Origin: Alphaproteobacteria bacterium
GTDB taxonomy: Bacteria > Pseudomonadota > Alphaproteobacteria > Rickettsiales > UBA1997
DNA length: 58,756 nt
Reading direction: 5' to 3'
Assembly: GCA_030835745.1 (NCBI GenBank)
Contig: JAUROA010000032.1
Location: forward strand, 1 to 58,756
Positions 38,519-49,387 of this stretch are shown piece after piece. Below the pieces are notes generated by a model. The model made no database searches and was not told the DNA's origin. It saw nothing but the letters and a program-made list of their open reading frames with translations. A program made the translations under genes and the position numbers. Each line of letters opens with the position of its first letter. Within the stretch, counting starts at the first letter, position 1.

Positions 38519-38562
38519 GCCATTTTTAAAATAATTAAAGATGCCCCAAAGATGACTTATTG
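38519..38562. repeat. Copy of a dispersed short palindromic intergenic repeat
   Basis: gccatttttaaaataattaaagatgccccaaagatgacttattg shares the core with the copies at 20893 and 26194. It lies downstream of tolA. Confidence 0.45.
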
Positions 38563-38780
38563 TATAATTTTAAAGTGCAAAATACATTTCTAAATAACTA
38601 CTTGATTTTTTTAAGATTTTAACATTTAATCATAAAATGATATTATTTAGTTTCTAAGATTTTTTGTAAATAAAATTCTTATCAAATTAATAATATTTAT
38701 TGTATAAGCAAACTAGTCATTTAAATATGACATGTTAATATTACATAGTGCTTTAATTCATATAAATAAAAAGATAATTA

Positions 38781-39320
38781 GTGAAAATAAAAAACTCATC
38801 AAATGCCAAAAATATTAATAACCCATATCGCATTAATTCAGAAATTACTGCTGACGAAATTAAAGTTATTGATCAAGAAGGATCATTAATAGGAACAATG
38901 TCAGTTTCTGACGGTATAAAAAAAGCTCAATCTGTTTCTTTGGACCTTGTTGAGGTTTCACCAAACACCAATCCTCCAGTATGTAAAATAGCCAATTTTG
39001 GCAAAATGAAATATGAGTTGCAAAAAAAGCAATCTGACGCCAAAAAAAAGCAGAAAATCGTTGATATTAAAGAGGTTAAGATGACTATCAATATTGGTAA
39101 AGGCGATTATGATGTTAAATTAAAGCATACTAAAGATTTTATTGCTAAAGGTTGTAAGGTTAAAATTTCAATTAGAATGAAGGGCAGAGAAATAACACAT
39201 CGAGAGCTTGCTGAAAAAATGATGAGTGATATAATAGAGTCGGTATCTGATTTTGCTAAAACAGAATTTAACCCAAAATTGGAAGGTATGCAATATAGCG
39301 TTATTTTAGTTAAATGCTAA
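38781..39320 (+). CDS. infC: Translation initiation factor IF-3
   Basis: RINSEI, IKVIDQEG, DLVEVSPNTNPPVCKI and IKEVKM, with GDYDVKL and MKGRE. The only in-frame start after the upstream TAA is GTG, which fits the family habit of non-AUG starts. Confidence 0.9.
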   Translation: MKIKNSSNAKNINNPYRINSEITADEIKVIDQEGSLIGTMSVSDGIKKAQSVSLDLVEVSPNTNPPVCKIANFGKMKYELQKKQSDAKKKQKIVDIKEVKMTINIGKGDYDVKLKHTKDFIAKGCKVKISIRMKGREITHRELAEKMMSDIIESVSDFAKTEFNPKLEGMQYSVILVKC

Positions 39321-39398
39321 ATTTTGGTTGTAAAATATTAATTTTGCGTGCAAGATTTAGGGGTTTATGCTATTTGTTAATTATAAACAATTTTAGAA

Positions 39399-42300
39399 AT
39401 GTTTGAACTACAAGAGAGATTGCTTAATTTTATAGATAAAAAAAACCTTTCACAAGTAATTAACAAGAAAAATTTTGAAATATTTGCAAGTAATTTCTAT
39501 TCCGAGTCTAATCAGTCAGACTTTTTGCAATATAGCGATGATGATTTATTTAATCACATATTGAGTGCTTATCAATTTATTTTATCAAAAGGTCATGAAA
39601 GGTCTAAAATTAGAATTTTCAATCCAGATAAAAAGAAAGATGGCTTTGAGTCATATTATACAATAATTGAAATTGCTAACATTGATGCACCATTTTTAGT
39701 TGATTCAGCAGTGGGATATCTCGATAAGCACTCAATTGAAATAATCAATATTATTCATCCTACTTACGACATATCTAGAGACATATTAGGTAAAGTTAAA
39801 AATATTGCATGTGATAAGGAAAAAAGAAATGAATCAATAATCCAGTTTCACATTGAAAAAATTAATAATGAGATTGAAATAAATAATTTTACAAAAGGTC
39901 TAGAGCAAGTAATTGAAACGGTTAATTTGGTAGTATCTCAGTGGAGGTCTATGCTTGAAGTTGTAAAAAGCTGCAAGCTACAAATTGATAATTCAGCTAA
40001 GATTATTAGCGATCGAGACTATATTCAAGAAATAAAAGATTTTATTGATTGGATGGTGTCAGGTAATTTTGTTTTATTGGGTGTTAAAGAGTTTGACATT
40101 AAAAAAAATAAAGATTCAAAGCATATATTAGAAGAGGTTAAAGGGCAAGAATTTGGTGTTTTTTGTTCTCAATATGATGAAATGAAGCCTAGTGTAATTA
40201 ATTCAACAATTTCAGAAATTGAAGATTCGGTTAAAAGGCCATATATAATTGAAATACTTAAATCACGTTATCGATCTAAAATTCATAGAGTTGCCAATGC
40301 TGAGAGAATTAGAATTCAGAAAATTTCTCCTTCTGGTAAGGTAATTGGTGAATATAGAATTATAGGATTATTTACCTCATCAGCATATAATCAGTCTATT
40401 AAATTGATTCCTTTAGTAAGAAAAAAGGCGCAAAAAGTTATTGATGATTCCGGATTTATTAAAGGTAGTCACAATTATAAGGATTTGGTAACTGTTTTGG
40501 AATTTTACCCAAGAGACGAGCTATTTCAAATTTCTCACGAAGATCTTTTAAAAAATGCCGTTGGGATTGTGTCAATATGCGGTAGATCAAAGGTTAAGTT
40601 CTTTGCAAGAAAAGATAAGTTTGAAAGATTTGTTAGTTGTCTGATTTTTACTCCAAAAGATAGAAGTAATTCTGAATTGAGAACCAAAATCAGAAATTAT
40701 CTTGCTAAAGTATATAATGGCGAGGTGGCAGATTTTTTTGTGCAAATTAATGATTCAAATCTTGTAAGAATTCATATTATCATAAGAAATAATAGTTCTA
40801 TTCCAAATGTTGATGATTTAAAAGTTGAAAAGGAAATAGCAAAAATGACTAGAATATGGATGGATGACTTATTGCAGACAGTTAAAGCTAAATATAGCGA
40901 TGATAGAGCTTTAGATATATATTCAAAATATAAGAATTCATTTTCTATAAGTTATAAAAATAGATTTAGCGCTAGAAGAGCGGCAATTGATATTTCATAT
41001 ATTGAAGATTGCATTAATCAAAAAAATACTATTTTTAAGTTTTATAAATCATCTCAAGACCTAGATAAGGATATAATAGAGCTTAAAATATACAACCCTC
41101 ATGCAGAAGTGCCACTATCCAAGATAATGCCAATTCTTAATAGTTTTAATTTAGAGGTTATCAAGGAGCATACATATCCAATTGAAATTAATAAAGAGGG
41201 TAGGGTTAGAGAGCGAGATATAGTTTGGATTAATTATTTTAATTTAAAATTAGGCGATAAATCATTTAAATATTGCCATAAATTAAGATTAAATTTTGAA
41301 AAAGCGATTTCCTTAATTTGGTCTGGTGTCATTGAATGTGGAGAGTTAAATAAACTATTAATATCTGCCGATCTTAATTGGAAGCAAATATATATGTTAA
41401 GAGCATATACAAGATATATATATCAAACTGATTTAAAATATAAAACAAATTATATATCAAATACTCTTAATAAATATCATAATATTACTCGTAATCTAAT
41501 AGATCTTTTTGAGGTAAAATTTAACCCATTTTTATTGCTAGATGACAATAAAAGAAATGAGGAAATTAACAAGATTTCAAGCCAAATTAATCTTCAATTG
41601 TCAAAAGTTAGCGATGCTATTGAAGATAGTGTAATTAGAAGTTATTATAACTGTATTAAAGCAACTTTAAGAACAAATTATTACCAGTCAAAGATTTCTG
41701 GAGGATTTAAGGGCTATATTTCATTTAAGTTTAATTCACAAGAAATCCCAAATTTACCACTTCCAAGACCATATGCAGAAATTTTTGTATATTCTAAAGA
41801 AGTTGAAGCAATTCACCTAAGAGGTGGTAAAGTTGCAAGAGGTGGTTTAAGGTGGTCTGATAGATTGCAAGATTACAGAACTGAGGTTTTGGGTCTTATG
41901 AAGGCGCAAATGACAAAAAATGCAGTAATAGTGCCTGAAGGGTCAAAAGGTGGTTTTGTTGTTAAAAAGGATCTGTCAAATTTATCAAGAAATGAAGCAG
42001 AAAATATCGCTATTGAATGTTATAAAATATTTTTAAGAGGCGTGTTAGATATTACTGATAATGTTGTTAAAAACAAAATTATACACCCAAAATCTTGTAT
42101 AATTTATGATAAGGCTGACCCATATCTTGTTGTGGCAGCGGATAAAGGTACTGCAACTTTTTCTGATACGGCAAATTCAATATCTAATGAATATAATTTT
42201 TGGCTTGGAGATGCTTTTGCCTCTGGAGGTTCTTATGGTTATGATCATAAAAAAATGGGAATTACTGCTAAGGGGGCATGGGTGTCGGTAATGAGGCATT

Positions 42301-44231
42301 TTAGAGAAATTGGATTTAATACCCAAATTAGTGATTTTACTTGTGTTGCCATTGGAGATATGATGGGAGATGTATTTGGTAATGGAATGTTATTATCAAA
42401 ACATATTAAGCTTGTTGCCGCTTTTAATCATATGCACATTTTTCTTGATCCAAATCCTGATAGTGCCATTTCATTTAAAGAAAGGCAAAGATTATTTAAG
42501 CTCGATCGCTCAACTTGGTTAGATTACGATAAGTCAAAAATATCAAAGGGTGGAGGTGTTTTTGAAAGAAAAGCAAAATCAATAAAAATATCGCCAGAAA
42601 TAGCTAAAATGCTAGATATTAAAGATAAAGAATTATCTCCTAGTCAATTAATCAAGGCAATTCTTAAATCTCCAGTAGATTTACTCTGGAATGGTGGGAT
42701 TGGCACCTATGTTAAGTCATCAAGCGAATCGCATTTGGATGCTGGAGATAAAGCTAATGACGATCTAAGAGTTAATGGATCTGAATTAAGGTGTAAAGTT
42801 GTTGGCGAGGGTGGTAATTTAGGATTTACTCAAAAGGGCAGAATTGAATATGCTTTAAATAATGGTCTCATTAATACTGATGCAATGGATAATTCGGCAG
42901 GAGTTGACTGTTCTGATCATGAGGTAAATATTAAAATTGCATTATTTGATGCTGTGATAAAAGACAAAATATCTTTTAGTAAAAGAAATGAAGTTTTAGA
43001 ATTAATGACCAATGAAGTTTCTGATCTTGTCTTAAGAGATAATAATATGCAAACTCAGGCAGTTTCAATTGCCAATTCAATGGGTTATTTAGCTTTAGGT
43101 GAGCAGTCTAAATTTCTTGATCGCCTTGAAAAAAATGGTGAATTAAATAGGGATATTGAGTTTCTTCCATCTGCTAAAGAAATTGATCGTCGTCAAAATG
43201 ATAAGATTGGCATGACAAGGCCTGAATTATGTGTTATGCTGTCATATGCCAAAATGGGTATATATAAAAATATATTGCAGTCAGATTTAATAAAAGATAA
43301 ATATTTTAATAAATATTTAATAAGCTATTTTCCTGCTAAAATGCAGCAAGATTTTGTTAAAGAAATTAATAATCATCAATTATCAAAAGAAATTATATCA
43401 ACCCAAATTACTAATTTAATTGTAGATAGGGCTGGAATTACTTTTGTTGACCAATTAATGCAAGAAACCGGATTTGATGTAGATAAAATCGTTAAAAGCT
43501 TTATTATTGCTACTGAGTCATTTGAGCTTGATAAAATTTGGCAAGAAATAGAGTCGTTAAGCGGTAAGGTAAGTCATGATGTTGTTGTTGGTATGTTTTT
43601 ATCTTCTATTAAGCTTTTAGAAAGATCAGTAAAATGGCTATTAAGAAGACAATTTAGCGCAAAAATTGATGATGATATAAAAAAATATAAAAAATCTGCC
43701 AATGATTTATGGTCTTTTCTGTCTCAAGTTCTGGCTAAGGCTTCTCGTCAAGACTATGAAAATAAAGCAAAAAAATTACATCTAAGTAAAGTGCCAAGTG
43801 AATTGGCCAATAAAATTGCTGCTATGGACCCAATTGCATCGGCTTTTGATATTTGGGAGATATCGCAATCATCTAAAATTGATCTTAGAGTAATCGCAAA
43901 AATATATTTTGAGGTTGGAACAAGATTTTATCTTAAGAAATTACGAAGTAAAATTGCCAAGTTAAATTTAGAAAATAATTGGCAAAAAATGTCGAGCAAA
44001 GCAATTTTAGACGATTTATATCATTATCAGATGAGAATATCTAAAAGTGTAGTTGACTTTATGTGTAATGGTCAGGACTGCGATATTAACTCAATTGATA
44101 GTTGGATTCAAAATTCTCAATTTATAGTTAATAGATATGACAGCTTTATAGCTGAATTAGAGATGCAGCCACATGCTGACTTATCGCTTTATGTTGTGGC
44201 TTTAAATAGATTAAAACCGTTAATCTATTAA
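39399..44231 (+). CDS. gdh: Large NAD-specific glutamate dehydrogenase (about 180 kDa class)
   Basis: 1610 aa. The catalytic core has RGGLRWSDR, VPEGSKGGF, AADKGTATFSD, DMMGDVFGNGML and NSAGVDCSDHEVN. Confidence 0.9.
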   Translation: MFELQERLLNFIDKKNLSQVINKKNFEIFASNFYSESNQSDFLQYSDDDLFNHILSAYQFILSKGHERSKIRIFNPDKKKDGFESYYTIIEIANIDAPFLVDSAVGYLDKHSIEIINIIHPTYDISRDILGKVKNIACDKEKRNESIIQFHIEKINNEIEINNFTKGLEQVIETVNLVVSQWRSMLEVVKSCKLQIDNSAKIISDRDYIQEIKDFIDWMVSGNFVLLGVKEFDIKKNKDSKHILEEVKGQEFGVFCSQYDEMKPSVINSTISEIEDSVKRPYIIEILKSRYRSKIHRVANAERIRIQKISPSGKVIGEYRIIGLFTSSAYNQSIKLIPLVRKKAQKVIDDSGFIKGSHNYKDLVTVLEFYPRDELFQISHEDLLKNAVGIVSICGRSKVKFFARKDKFERFVSCLIFTPKDRSNSELRTKIRNYLAKVYNGEVADFFVQINDSNLVRIHIIIRNNSSIPNVDDLKVEKEIAKMTRIWMDDLLQTVKAKYSDDRALDIYSKYKNSFSISYKNRFSARRAAIDISYIEDCINQKNTIFKFYKSSQDLDKDIIELKIYNPHAEVPLSKIMPILNSFNLEVIKEHTYPIEINKEGRVRERDIVWINYFNLKLGDKSFKYCHKLRLNFEKAISLIWSGVIECGELNKLLISADLNWKQIYMLRAYTRYIYQTDLKYKTNYISNTLNKYHNITRNLIDLFEVKFNPFLLLDDNKRNEEINKISSQINLQLSKVSDAIEDSVIRSYYNCIKATLRTNYYQSKISGGFKGYISFKFNSQEIPNLPLPRPYAEIFVYSKEVEAIHLRGGKVARGGLRWSDRLQDYRTEVLGLMKAQMTKNAVIVPEGSKGGFVVKKDLSNLSRNEAENIAIECYKIFLRGVLDITDNVVKNKIIHPKSCIIYDKADPYLVVAADKGTATFSDTANSISNEYNFWLGDAFASGGSYGYDHKKMGITAKGAWVSVMRHFREIGFNTQISDFTCVAIGDMMGDVFGNGMLLSKHIKLVAAFNHMHIFLDPNPDSAISFKERQRLFKLDRSTWLDYDKSKISKGGGVFERKAKSIKISPEIAKMLDIKDKELSPSQLIKAILKSPVDLLWNGGIGTYVKSSSESHLDAGDKANDDLRVNGSELRCKVVGEGGNLGFTQKGRIEYALNNGLINTDAMDNSAGVDCSDHEVNIKIALFDAVIKDKISFSKRNEVLELMTNEVSDLVLRDNNMQTQAVSIANSMGYLALGEQSKFLDRLEKNGELNRDIEFLPSAKEIDRRQNDKIGMTRPELCVMLSYAKMGIYKNILQSDLIKDKYFNKYLISYFPAKMQQDFVKEINNHQLSKEIISTQITNLIVDRAGITFVDQLMQETGFDVDKIVKSFIIATESFELDKIWQEIESLSGKVSHDVVVGMFLSSIKLLERSVKWLLRRQFSAKIDDDIKKYKKSANDLWSFLSQVLAKASRQDYENKAKKLHLSKVPSELANKIAAMDPIASAFDIWEISQSSKIDLRVIAKIYFEVGTRFYLKKLRSKIAKLNLENNWQKMSSKAILDDLYHYQMRISKSVVDFMCNGQDCDINSIDSWIQNSQFIVNRYDSFIAELEMQPHADLSLYVVALNRLKPLIY

Positions 44232-44266
44232 TTTAATTGTTAAATTTCTAAATCATTTAGATTAAA

Positions 44267-45361
44267 ATGAAATTATTAGTTTTAAAAGAAAATCATCCAT
44301 TAGAAAAAAGAGTGGCTTTAACGCCAGATATTGCTAAAAAACTTCATGATTTAGGATTTCAGCTTTATATTGAAAAAGATGCAGCAAAGCAGAGCGGTTT
44401 TTTGAATGAATCATATATTGAATATAATGCTAAAATTATTGATGATATCAATAAAATATTACCAGATATTGATATAATTGTATCTGTTCAAAGACATGAT
44501 CTTGATTTTTCAAAATGTAAAGACGAAGCATTATTTATTGCTACATTGAATCCATTAATGGATAAAAATATTATCACTAAAGCAAAGAAGGCTAAAATAG
44601 ATATTTTTTCATTAGATTTATTGCCAAGAATTACTCGTGCTCAGTCAATGGATGTGTTATCATCTCAAAGTAATTTAGCTGGTTATAGGGCAGTTATAGA
44701 TGCGGTATATGAATATCAAAAAGCTGTTCCAATGATGATGACAGCAGCTGGAACTGTTTCAGCAGCAAGATTTATGATTATTGGTGCTGGGGTTGCGGGC
44801 CTTCAGGCTATTGCAACTGCAAAAAGGTTGGGAGGTGTGGTCTGTGCTTTCGATGTAAGATCTTCTGCCAAGGAGCAGGTTGAAAGTTTGGGTGCAAAAT
44901 TTATTGAAGTTGAAAGTGAAGAAAAAATTGATTCAGTCTATGCTAAAGAAATGAGTAAAGATTATCAAAAATTACAAAAAGAATTACTGATCAAAAATAT
45001 AGCCAAGCAAGATATTATAATTCTAACAGCATTGATTCCAGGAAAAAAGGCGCCAGTAATAATTACTAAAGATATGGTTAAGCTTATGAAGCCTGAATCT
45101 GTAATAGTTGACCTAGCAGCAATTAATGGAGGCAATTGTCAATTGTCAGAAATAGACAAAATATCTAATTATAATGGAGTCAAAATTATTGCTCATTCAA
45201 ATTATCCATCAAGAATTGCTACTGATTGTAGTAAATTATATGCTAAAAATATATTTAATTTTATTGAATTTTTATTTGATAAAAGTCTAAATAGTCTTAA
45301 CATCGATTATAATGAAGAAATAATTCAAAAAACCTTGGTTAAAAATATCAAAACCTCTTAA
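44267..45361 (+). CDS. pntA: NAD(P) transhydrogenase subunit alpha, part 1 (dI domain)
   Basis: EKRVALTPD, SQSNLAGYRAV and IIGAGVAGLQAIATAKRLGG. No alpha part 2 or beta subunit gene follows. Confidence 0.9.
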   Translation: MKLLVLKENHPLEKRVALTPDIAKKLHDLGFQLYIEKDAAKQSGFLNESYIEYNAKIIDDINKILPDIDIIVSVQRHDLDFSKCKDEALFIATLNPLMDKNIITKAKKAKIDIFSLDLLPRITRAQSMDVLSSQSNLAGYRAVIDAVYEYQKAVPMMMTAAGTVSAARFMIIGAGVAGLQAIATAKRLGGVVCAFDVRSSAKEQVESLGAKFIEVESEEKIDSVYAKEMSKDYQKLQKELLIKNIAKQDIIILTALIPGKKAPVIITKDMVKLMKPESVIVDLAAINGGNCQLSEIDKISNYNGVKIIAHSNYPSRIATDCSKLYAKNIFNFIEFLFDKSLNSLNIDYNEEIIQKTLVKNIKTS

Positions 45362-45367
45362 AAAATT

Positions 45368-46936
45368 ATGCAACAGCCATTAAATAAAAGTGACGTGAAA
45401 AAAAACATTAATGAATATAAGCCAAAAATAGTTATTTTTGGAGTTGGTGGCGCTGGAGGTAATGCCATTAACAATATGATTTCTTCTAATTTGCAAGGAG
45501 TTGAATTTGTTGCAGCTAATACAGATGCTCAATCTCTTGATAATTCTCTTGCAAAAAATAAAATTCAGTTAGGAGTTAATTTGACCAAGGGTTTGGGAGC
45601 CGGGTCATTTCCAGAATGTGGCAGAGATGCTGCCGAAGAAAATGTTGATGAAATTAATAAATTTCTTGAAGGGGCAAATATGGCTTTTATTTCTGCTGGT
45701 ATGGGTGGTGGAACTGGTACTGGTGCTGCTCCAGTAATTGCTAGGCTTGCAAGAGAAAAAAATATCTTAACTGTTGGAGTTGTTACTAAGCCTTTTTATT
45801 TTGAAGGTAGTCACAGAATGGACGTTGCGGAAGATGGTGTTGAAGACTTAAAAAAGCATGTTGATACCTTAATTGTAATTCCAAATCAGAATTTATTTCG
45901 TATTGCAAATGAGCAAACAACTTTTGAGTCAGCTTTTAAAATGGCCGATGCAGTTCTTCATGCTGGAGTTAGAGGGGTAACAGACCTGATAACTAGACCA
46001 GGTATTGTTAATTTGGATTATGCCGATATTAGAACTGTGATGACTAAAATGGGTCGAGCTATGATGGGAACAGGAGAAGCTAGTGGAGAAAATAGAGCAA
46101 TAGTGGCATGCGAAGAAGCAATTTCTAATCCACTTTTAGATGATATTTCAATTAAGGGGGCAAAAGGAGTTTTGGTCAATATGACGGGTGGTAGTGATAT
46201 GACATTATTTGAGGCAGATGCTGCGGTTACTACCATTAAAAAAGAGGTCGATCCCAAGGCTAATATTATTTTTGGTACGGCTTTTGATCAAAATATGAAA
46301 GGATCTATTAGGGTATCTGTTGTGGCAACTGGTATTGATAGTGAATTAGCGTCAAGAAATAGTAATTCAATTGTTCAAGATATTAATAAGAGTGATTTAA
46401 GCAAAGATTATCTCAATCAGGATTGGGAAGTTTCACAAAAAAAAGATCGTATCAATGATTATCAATCAAATCTAGTGAATGACGACAATAAAGAGCCTAG
46501 CTATGATGATAAAAGTTACTATGAAGAAGATGTGTCCATAAAGGATAATAATGATAATAATCTATCTCAAGCAAATAATGATCATCAAGCACTTGATAAT
46601 ATAGAAAATAAAAAAATATTATCAAAAGATAGTTTTTTTGCTGATCATAGTGATAATGATAATTGCAATGAATCTGAGAATGATCAGGCCGATATTGAAT
46701 ATGAAGATGACAATAAAAGCTTTAGTTTATTTGGCTTTATGAATAATAAAAAAAGTAAGGGTTCGCCAAATAAAAATAGATTAAATAAGGATTCATCGCG
46801 AAATATTAGTGATCAAAATATATCTTCAGGAAAGTTCTTTGATTCAAGTTCAATGAGCAATAATGTTGATCATCAATCTGATATTGATGATAATATAGTT
46901 AATGTTCCAGCATTCTTTAGAAAAAAAAATAAGTAA
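45368..46936 (+). CDS. ftsZ: Cell division protein FtsZ
   Basis: [21 protein letters not shown] and NLDYADI motifs. A long acidic N/D/S-rich linker is followed by the C-terminal peptide NVPAFFRKK. Confidence 0.96.
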   Translation: MQQPLNKSDVKKNINEYKPKIVIFGVGGAGGNAINNMISSNLQGVEFVAANTDAQSLDNSLAKNKIQLGVNLTKGLGAGSFPECGRDAAEENVDEINKFLEGANMAFISAGMGGGTGTGAAPVIARLAREKNILTVGVVTKPFYFEGSHRMDVAEDGVEDLKKHVDTLIVIPNQNLFRIANEQTTFESAFKMADAVLHAGVRGVTDLITRPGIVNLDYADIRTVMTKMGRAMMGTGEASGENRAIVACEEAISNPLLDDISIKGAKGVLVNMTGGSDMTLFEADAAVTTIKKEVDPKANIIFGTAFDQNMKGSIRVSVVATGIDSELASRNSNSIVQDINKSDLSKDYLNQDWEVSQKKDRINDYQSNLVNDDNKEPSYDDKSYYEEDVSIKDNNDNNLSQANNDHQALDNIENKKILSKDSFFADHSDNDNCNESENDQADIEYEDDNKSFSLFGFMNNKKSKGSPNKNRLNKDSSRNISDQNISSGKFFDSSSMSNNVDHQSDIDDNIVNVPAFFRKKNK

Positions 46937-46941
46937 ATAAA

Positions 46942-48264
46942 GTGGATAAATTTCTAATTATTGGTAATGGTGCAAGAGAGGCGATATTTGCTACAAAATT
47001 AGCCAAGGACTCTATATTATTCGCGATAATGGGTCATGAAAATCCAACAATAATTAATGCAGTAGAAAAGAATAGTGGTAAATATATTATTGGCGACATA
47101 AATAATAGCAAAATTATCATAGATTTTGTAAATCAAAATGCAATCGATTATGTCTTTGTTAATTCTGATGCTCCTTTGGCAAATGGTGTTGTAGATGATT
47201 TAATGGTTAATCAAATCAAAGTTATTGGACCTACCAAGAAAGGCGCTCAAATTGAATGGGATAAAAATTACTCAATTAATATTGTCAATGAAATTGCTAA
47301 GAAATTTACTCCTAAATATTTTATTATCAAAAATATAGAGCAAATTGATAATGCTTTAAGCGAGTTTGAGAATGAAGATATTGTTATAAAGCCTCAAGGA
47401 TTAACTGCTGGAAAAGGAGTCAAGGTAATGGGTGAGCATCTAGAAAATATATCACAAGCTCGTCAATATATCTATTCATTGCTTGATAAGGGTGAAGAAG
47501 TGTTAGTTTGCGAAAAGCTACAAGGTTTTGAATTTACGATTATGGGTATTACCGATGGTTTAAATATTATATTTGCCCCAGCAACATATGATTATCCATA
47601 TCGTAATATAGGTGATAAGGGTCCAGGAACTGGTGGTATGGGGTGTTTTAGTGATAGTAAAAAAACTTTGCCCTTTTTATCTGATCAAGATTATAAAGAT
47701 TGTTGCGATATTATGTCTGCAGCAGTTAAACATATGTCTAGCAATAAAATTCATTTTAATGGAGTGATAAATGGGGGATTCTTTTTAACTAAAAATGGCA
47801 TTAAATTTATGGAATTTAATTCCAGATTTGGTGATCCAGAAGCTCTTAATGTGCTATCTATTATGAATTGCTCATTTTCAGAGCTTTTAAAAGCAATTTA
47901 TTATAAAAATATTGATAAATTTAAATGTGACTTTGTAAAAAAAGCTAGTGTTGTCAAATATCTAGTATCTAAGGAATATCCAAATAAGGGGCCAAAAGTT
48001 TTTTTTAATCTTGATATCAACGAGATAGAAAAAAATAATATAGATATATATTTTTCAGCTGCAAAGCAAGTTGAGGGTAGTGATAATTTATATCAAACAG
48101 TTTCTTCGTCAAGGGTTGTTGCATTATGCTGCATTGCCGATAATATTGTTGAAGCAAGTACAAAATTAAATAATGTTATTAATTCTTTCATTGCGCGAAC
48201 TGACCTTGATTACAGATCTGACATTGCTTCAGATATTGAAATTAAGAGGTTAACCAAAAATTGA
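46942..48264 (+). CDS. purD: Phosphoribosylamine--glycine ligase
   Basis: IGNGAREAI at the N-terminus, an ATP-grasp core (VIKPQGLTAGKGV) and EFNSRFGDPE. The start is GTG. Confidence 0.88.
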   Translation: MDKFLIIGNGAREAIFATKLAKDSILFAIMGHENPTIINAVEKNSGKYIIGDINNSKIIIDFVNQNAIDYVFVNSDAPLANGVVDDLMVNQIKVIGPTKKGAQIEWDKNYSINIVNEIAKKFTPKYFIIKNIEQIDNALSEFENEDIVIKPQGLTAGKGVKVMGEHLENISQARQYIYSLLDKGEEVLVCEKLQGFEFTIMGITDGLNIIFAPATYDYPYRNIGDKGPGTGGMGCFSDSKKTLPFLSDQDYKDCCDIMSAAVKHMSSNKIHFNGVINGGFFLTKNGIKFMEFNSRFGDPEALNVLSIMNCSFSELLKAIYYKNIDKFKCDFVKKASVVKYLVSKEYPNKGPKVFFNLDINEIEKNNIDIYFSAAKQVEGSDNLYQTVSSSRVVALCCIADNIVEASTKLNNVINSFIARTDLDYRSDIASDIEIKRLTKN

Positions 48265-48276
48265 GTCATTTAAATA

Positions 48277-48891
48277 ATGTCTAATATATATCTCATATCC
48301 AATCCTGTAATTGATGATAGTAACTTTGCGATTGATTTGAAAAATATATTAGCAACAAATCTGGTGAAAGCATTCCAGTTAAGATTAAAAGGATATAAAA
48401 AATTAGAAATTGAAAAAATTGCCAAAAATTTACAAAAAATATGCAGAGATTATGATTGCTCTTTTATTATAAATGATCATCCAGATATTGCCCTTAATAA
48501 TGATATTGACGGAGTTCATCTTGGTCAAGATGATTTATTGCAATATGATATTGCAGAAATTTCTCAAAAATTGCTAATAGGCATTAGCTGTTACGATAAA
48601 ATTGATCTTGCTCTTAAAGCTCAAGAAATGGGAGCATCATATATTTCTTTTGGTGCATTTTTTCCAACTATAACAAAAAAATCGCCCGGAACTCCAAAAA
48701 TTGATATTATTTCTAAATTTAGCAAGATATCATCATTGCCAATTGTTGCTATTGGGGGTATAAATGACACTAATTGCGTTAAAATAGTAAATGAGGGAGC
48801 AGATTTCATTGCTGTTATCTCATATGTCTGGAATAGCGATAATAAGGTTAATAATATTAAAATATTACATGATAAAATTAACAAAAGGTAA
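48277..48891 (+). CDS. thiE: Thiamine-phosphate synthase
   Basis: FQLRLK, IINDHPDIA, GVHLGQDD and VAIGGI motifs. Confidence 0.85.
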   Translation: MSNIYLISNPVIDDSNFAIDLKNILATNLVKAFQLRLKGYKKLEIEKIAKNLQKICRDYDCSFIINDHPDIALNNDIDGVHLGQDDLLQYDIAEISQKLLIGISCYDKIDLALKAQEMGASYISFGAFFPTITKKSPGTPKIDIISKFSKISSLPIVAIGGINDTNCVKIVNEGADFIAVISYVWNSDNKVNNIKILHDKINKR

Positions 48892-49387
48892 AAAGTCGCA
48901 ATTTAACTCTAAATTATTCCTTCATTTATTGGCAATTATTTTTGTAGTTATTAATTTATCATCATTTGCTATTGGCAATATTGTGAAAATAATTCCCTTA
49001 TTTGATTTAATAATAATATTTTACTATTGGTTTCATCGAAAAGTATTTAGTAATTTTTTCATATTCTTTTTAGGATTATGGCATGATGCGATTATTGGAA
49101 ATTTCTTGGGATTGACATCGATATGCTATTTATTTTCAATTAAATTTTTTGAAATTATTAGTGATCGATTATTCATTAAAGAAAATTTTATGCATATATG
49201 GTATCAGTTTATAGCTTTTAGCGCAATAGTGATAATGCTAAAATTTTTATTTTTAACATTATTAAATAATAATGTCATATCTCTTATTTCGCCAATATCA
49301 TCGTGGATTTTAACTATATTATTCTATGTTATAATGCATAAATTTTTTGATTATTTAAGTGAAAGACTGCTAGAAGATGCTTCGTGA
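48869..49387 (+). CDS. mreD: Rod shape-determining protein MreD (probable)
   Basis: Small polytopic protein with LGLWHDAIIGNFLGLTS, directly upstream of and overlapping mrdA. I use the internal ATG 48869, because the tracked 48791 start runs 100 nt into thiE. Confidence 0.6.
   Translation: MIKLTKGKKSQFNSKLFLHLLAIIFVVINLSSFAIGNIVKIIPLFDLIIIFYYWFHRKVFSNFFIFFLGLWHDAIIGNFLGLTSICYLFSIKFFEIISDRLFIKENFMHIWYQFIAFSAIVIMLKFLFLTLLNNNVISLISPISSWILTILFYVIMHKFFDYLSERLLEDAS

Noticed and set aside
39399-44231. Giant 1610-aa ORF that might look like a novel multidomain protein
   Set aside because: It matches the known large NAD-specific glutamate dehydrogenase class across its catalytic core. It is an ordinary member of that family.
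45368-46936. Unusually long FtsZ (522 aa) with an acidic N/D/S-rich tail
   Set aside because: Long disordered C-terminal linkers are normal for alphaproteobacterial FtsZ, and the conserved terminal peptide (NVPAFFRKK) is present. This is not an anomaly.
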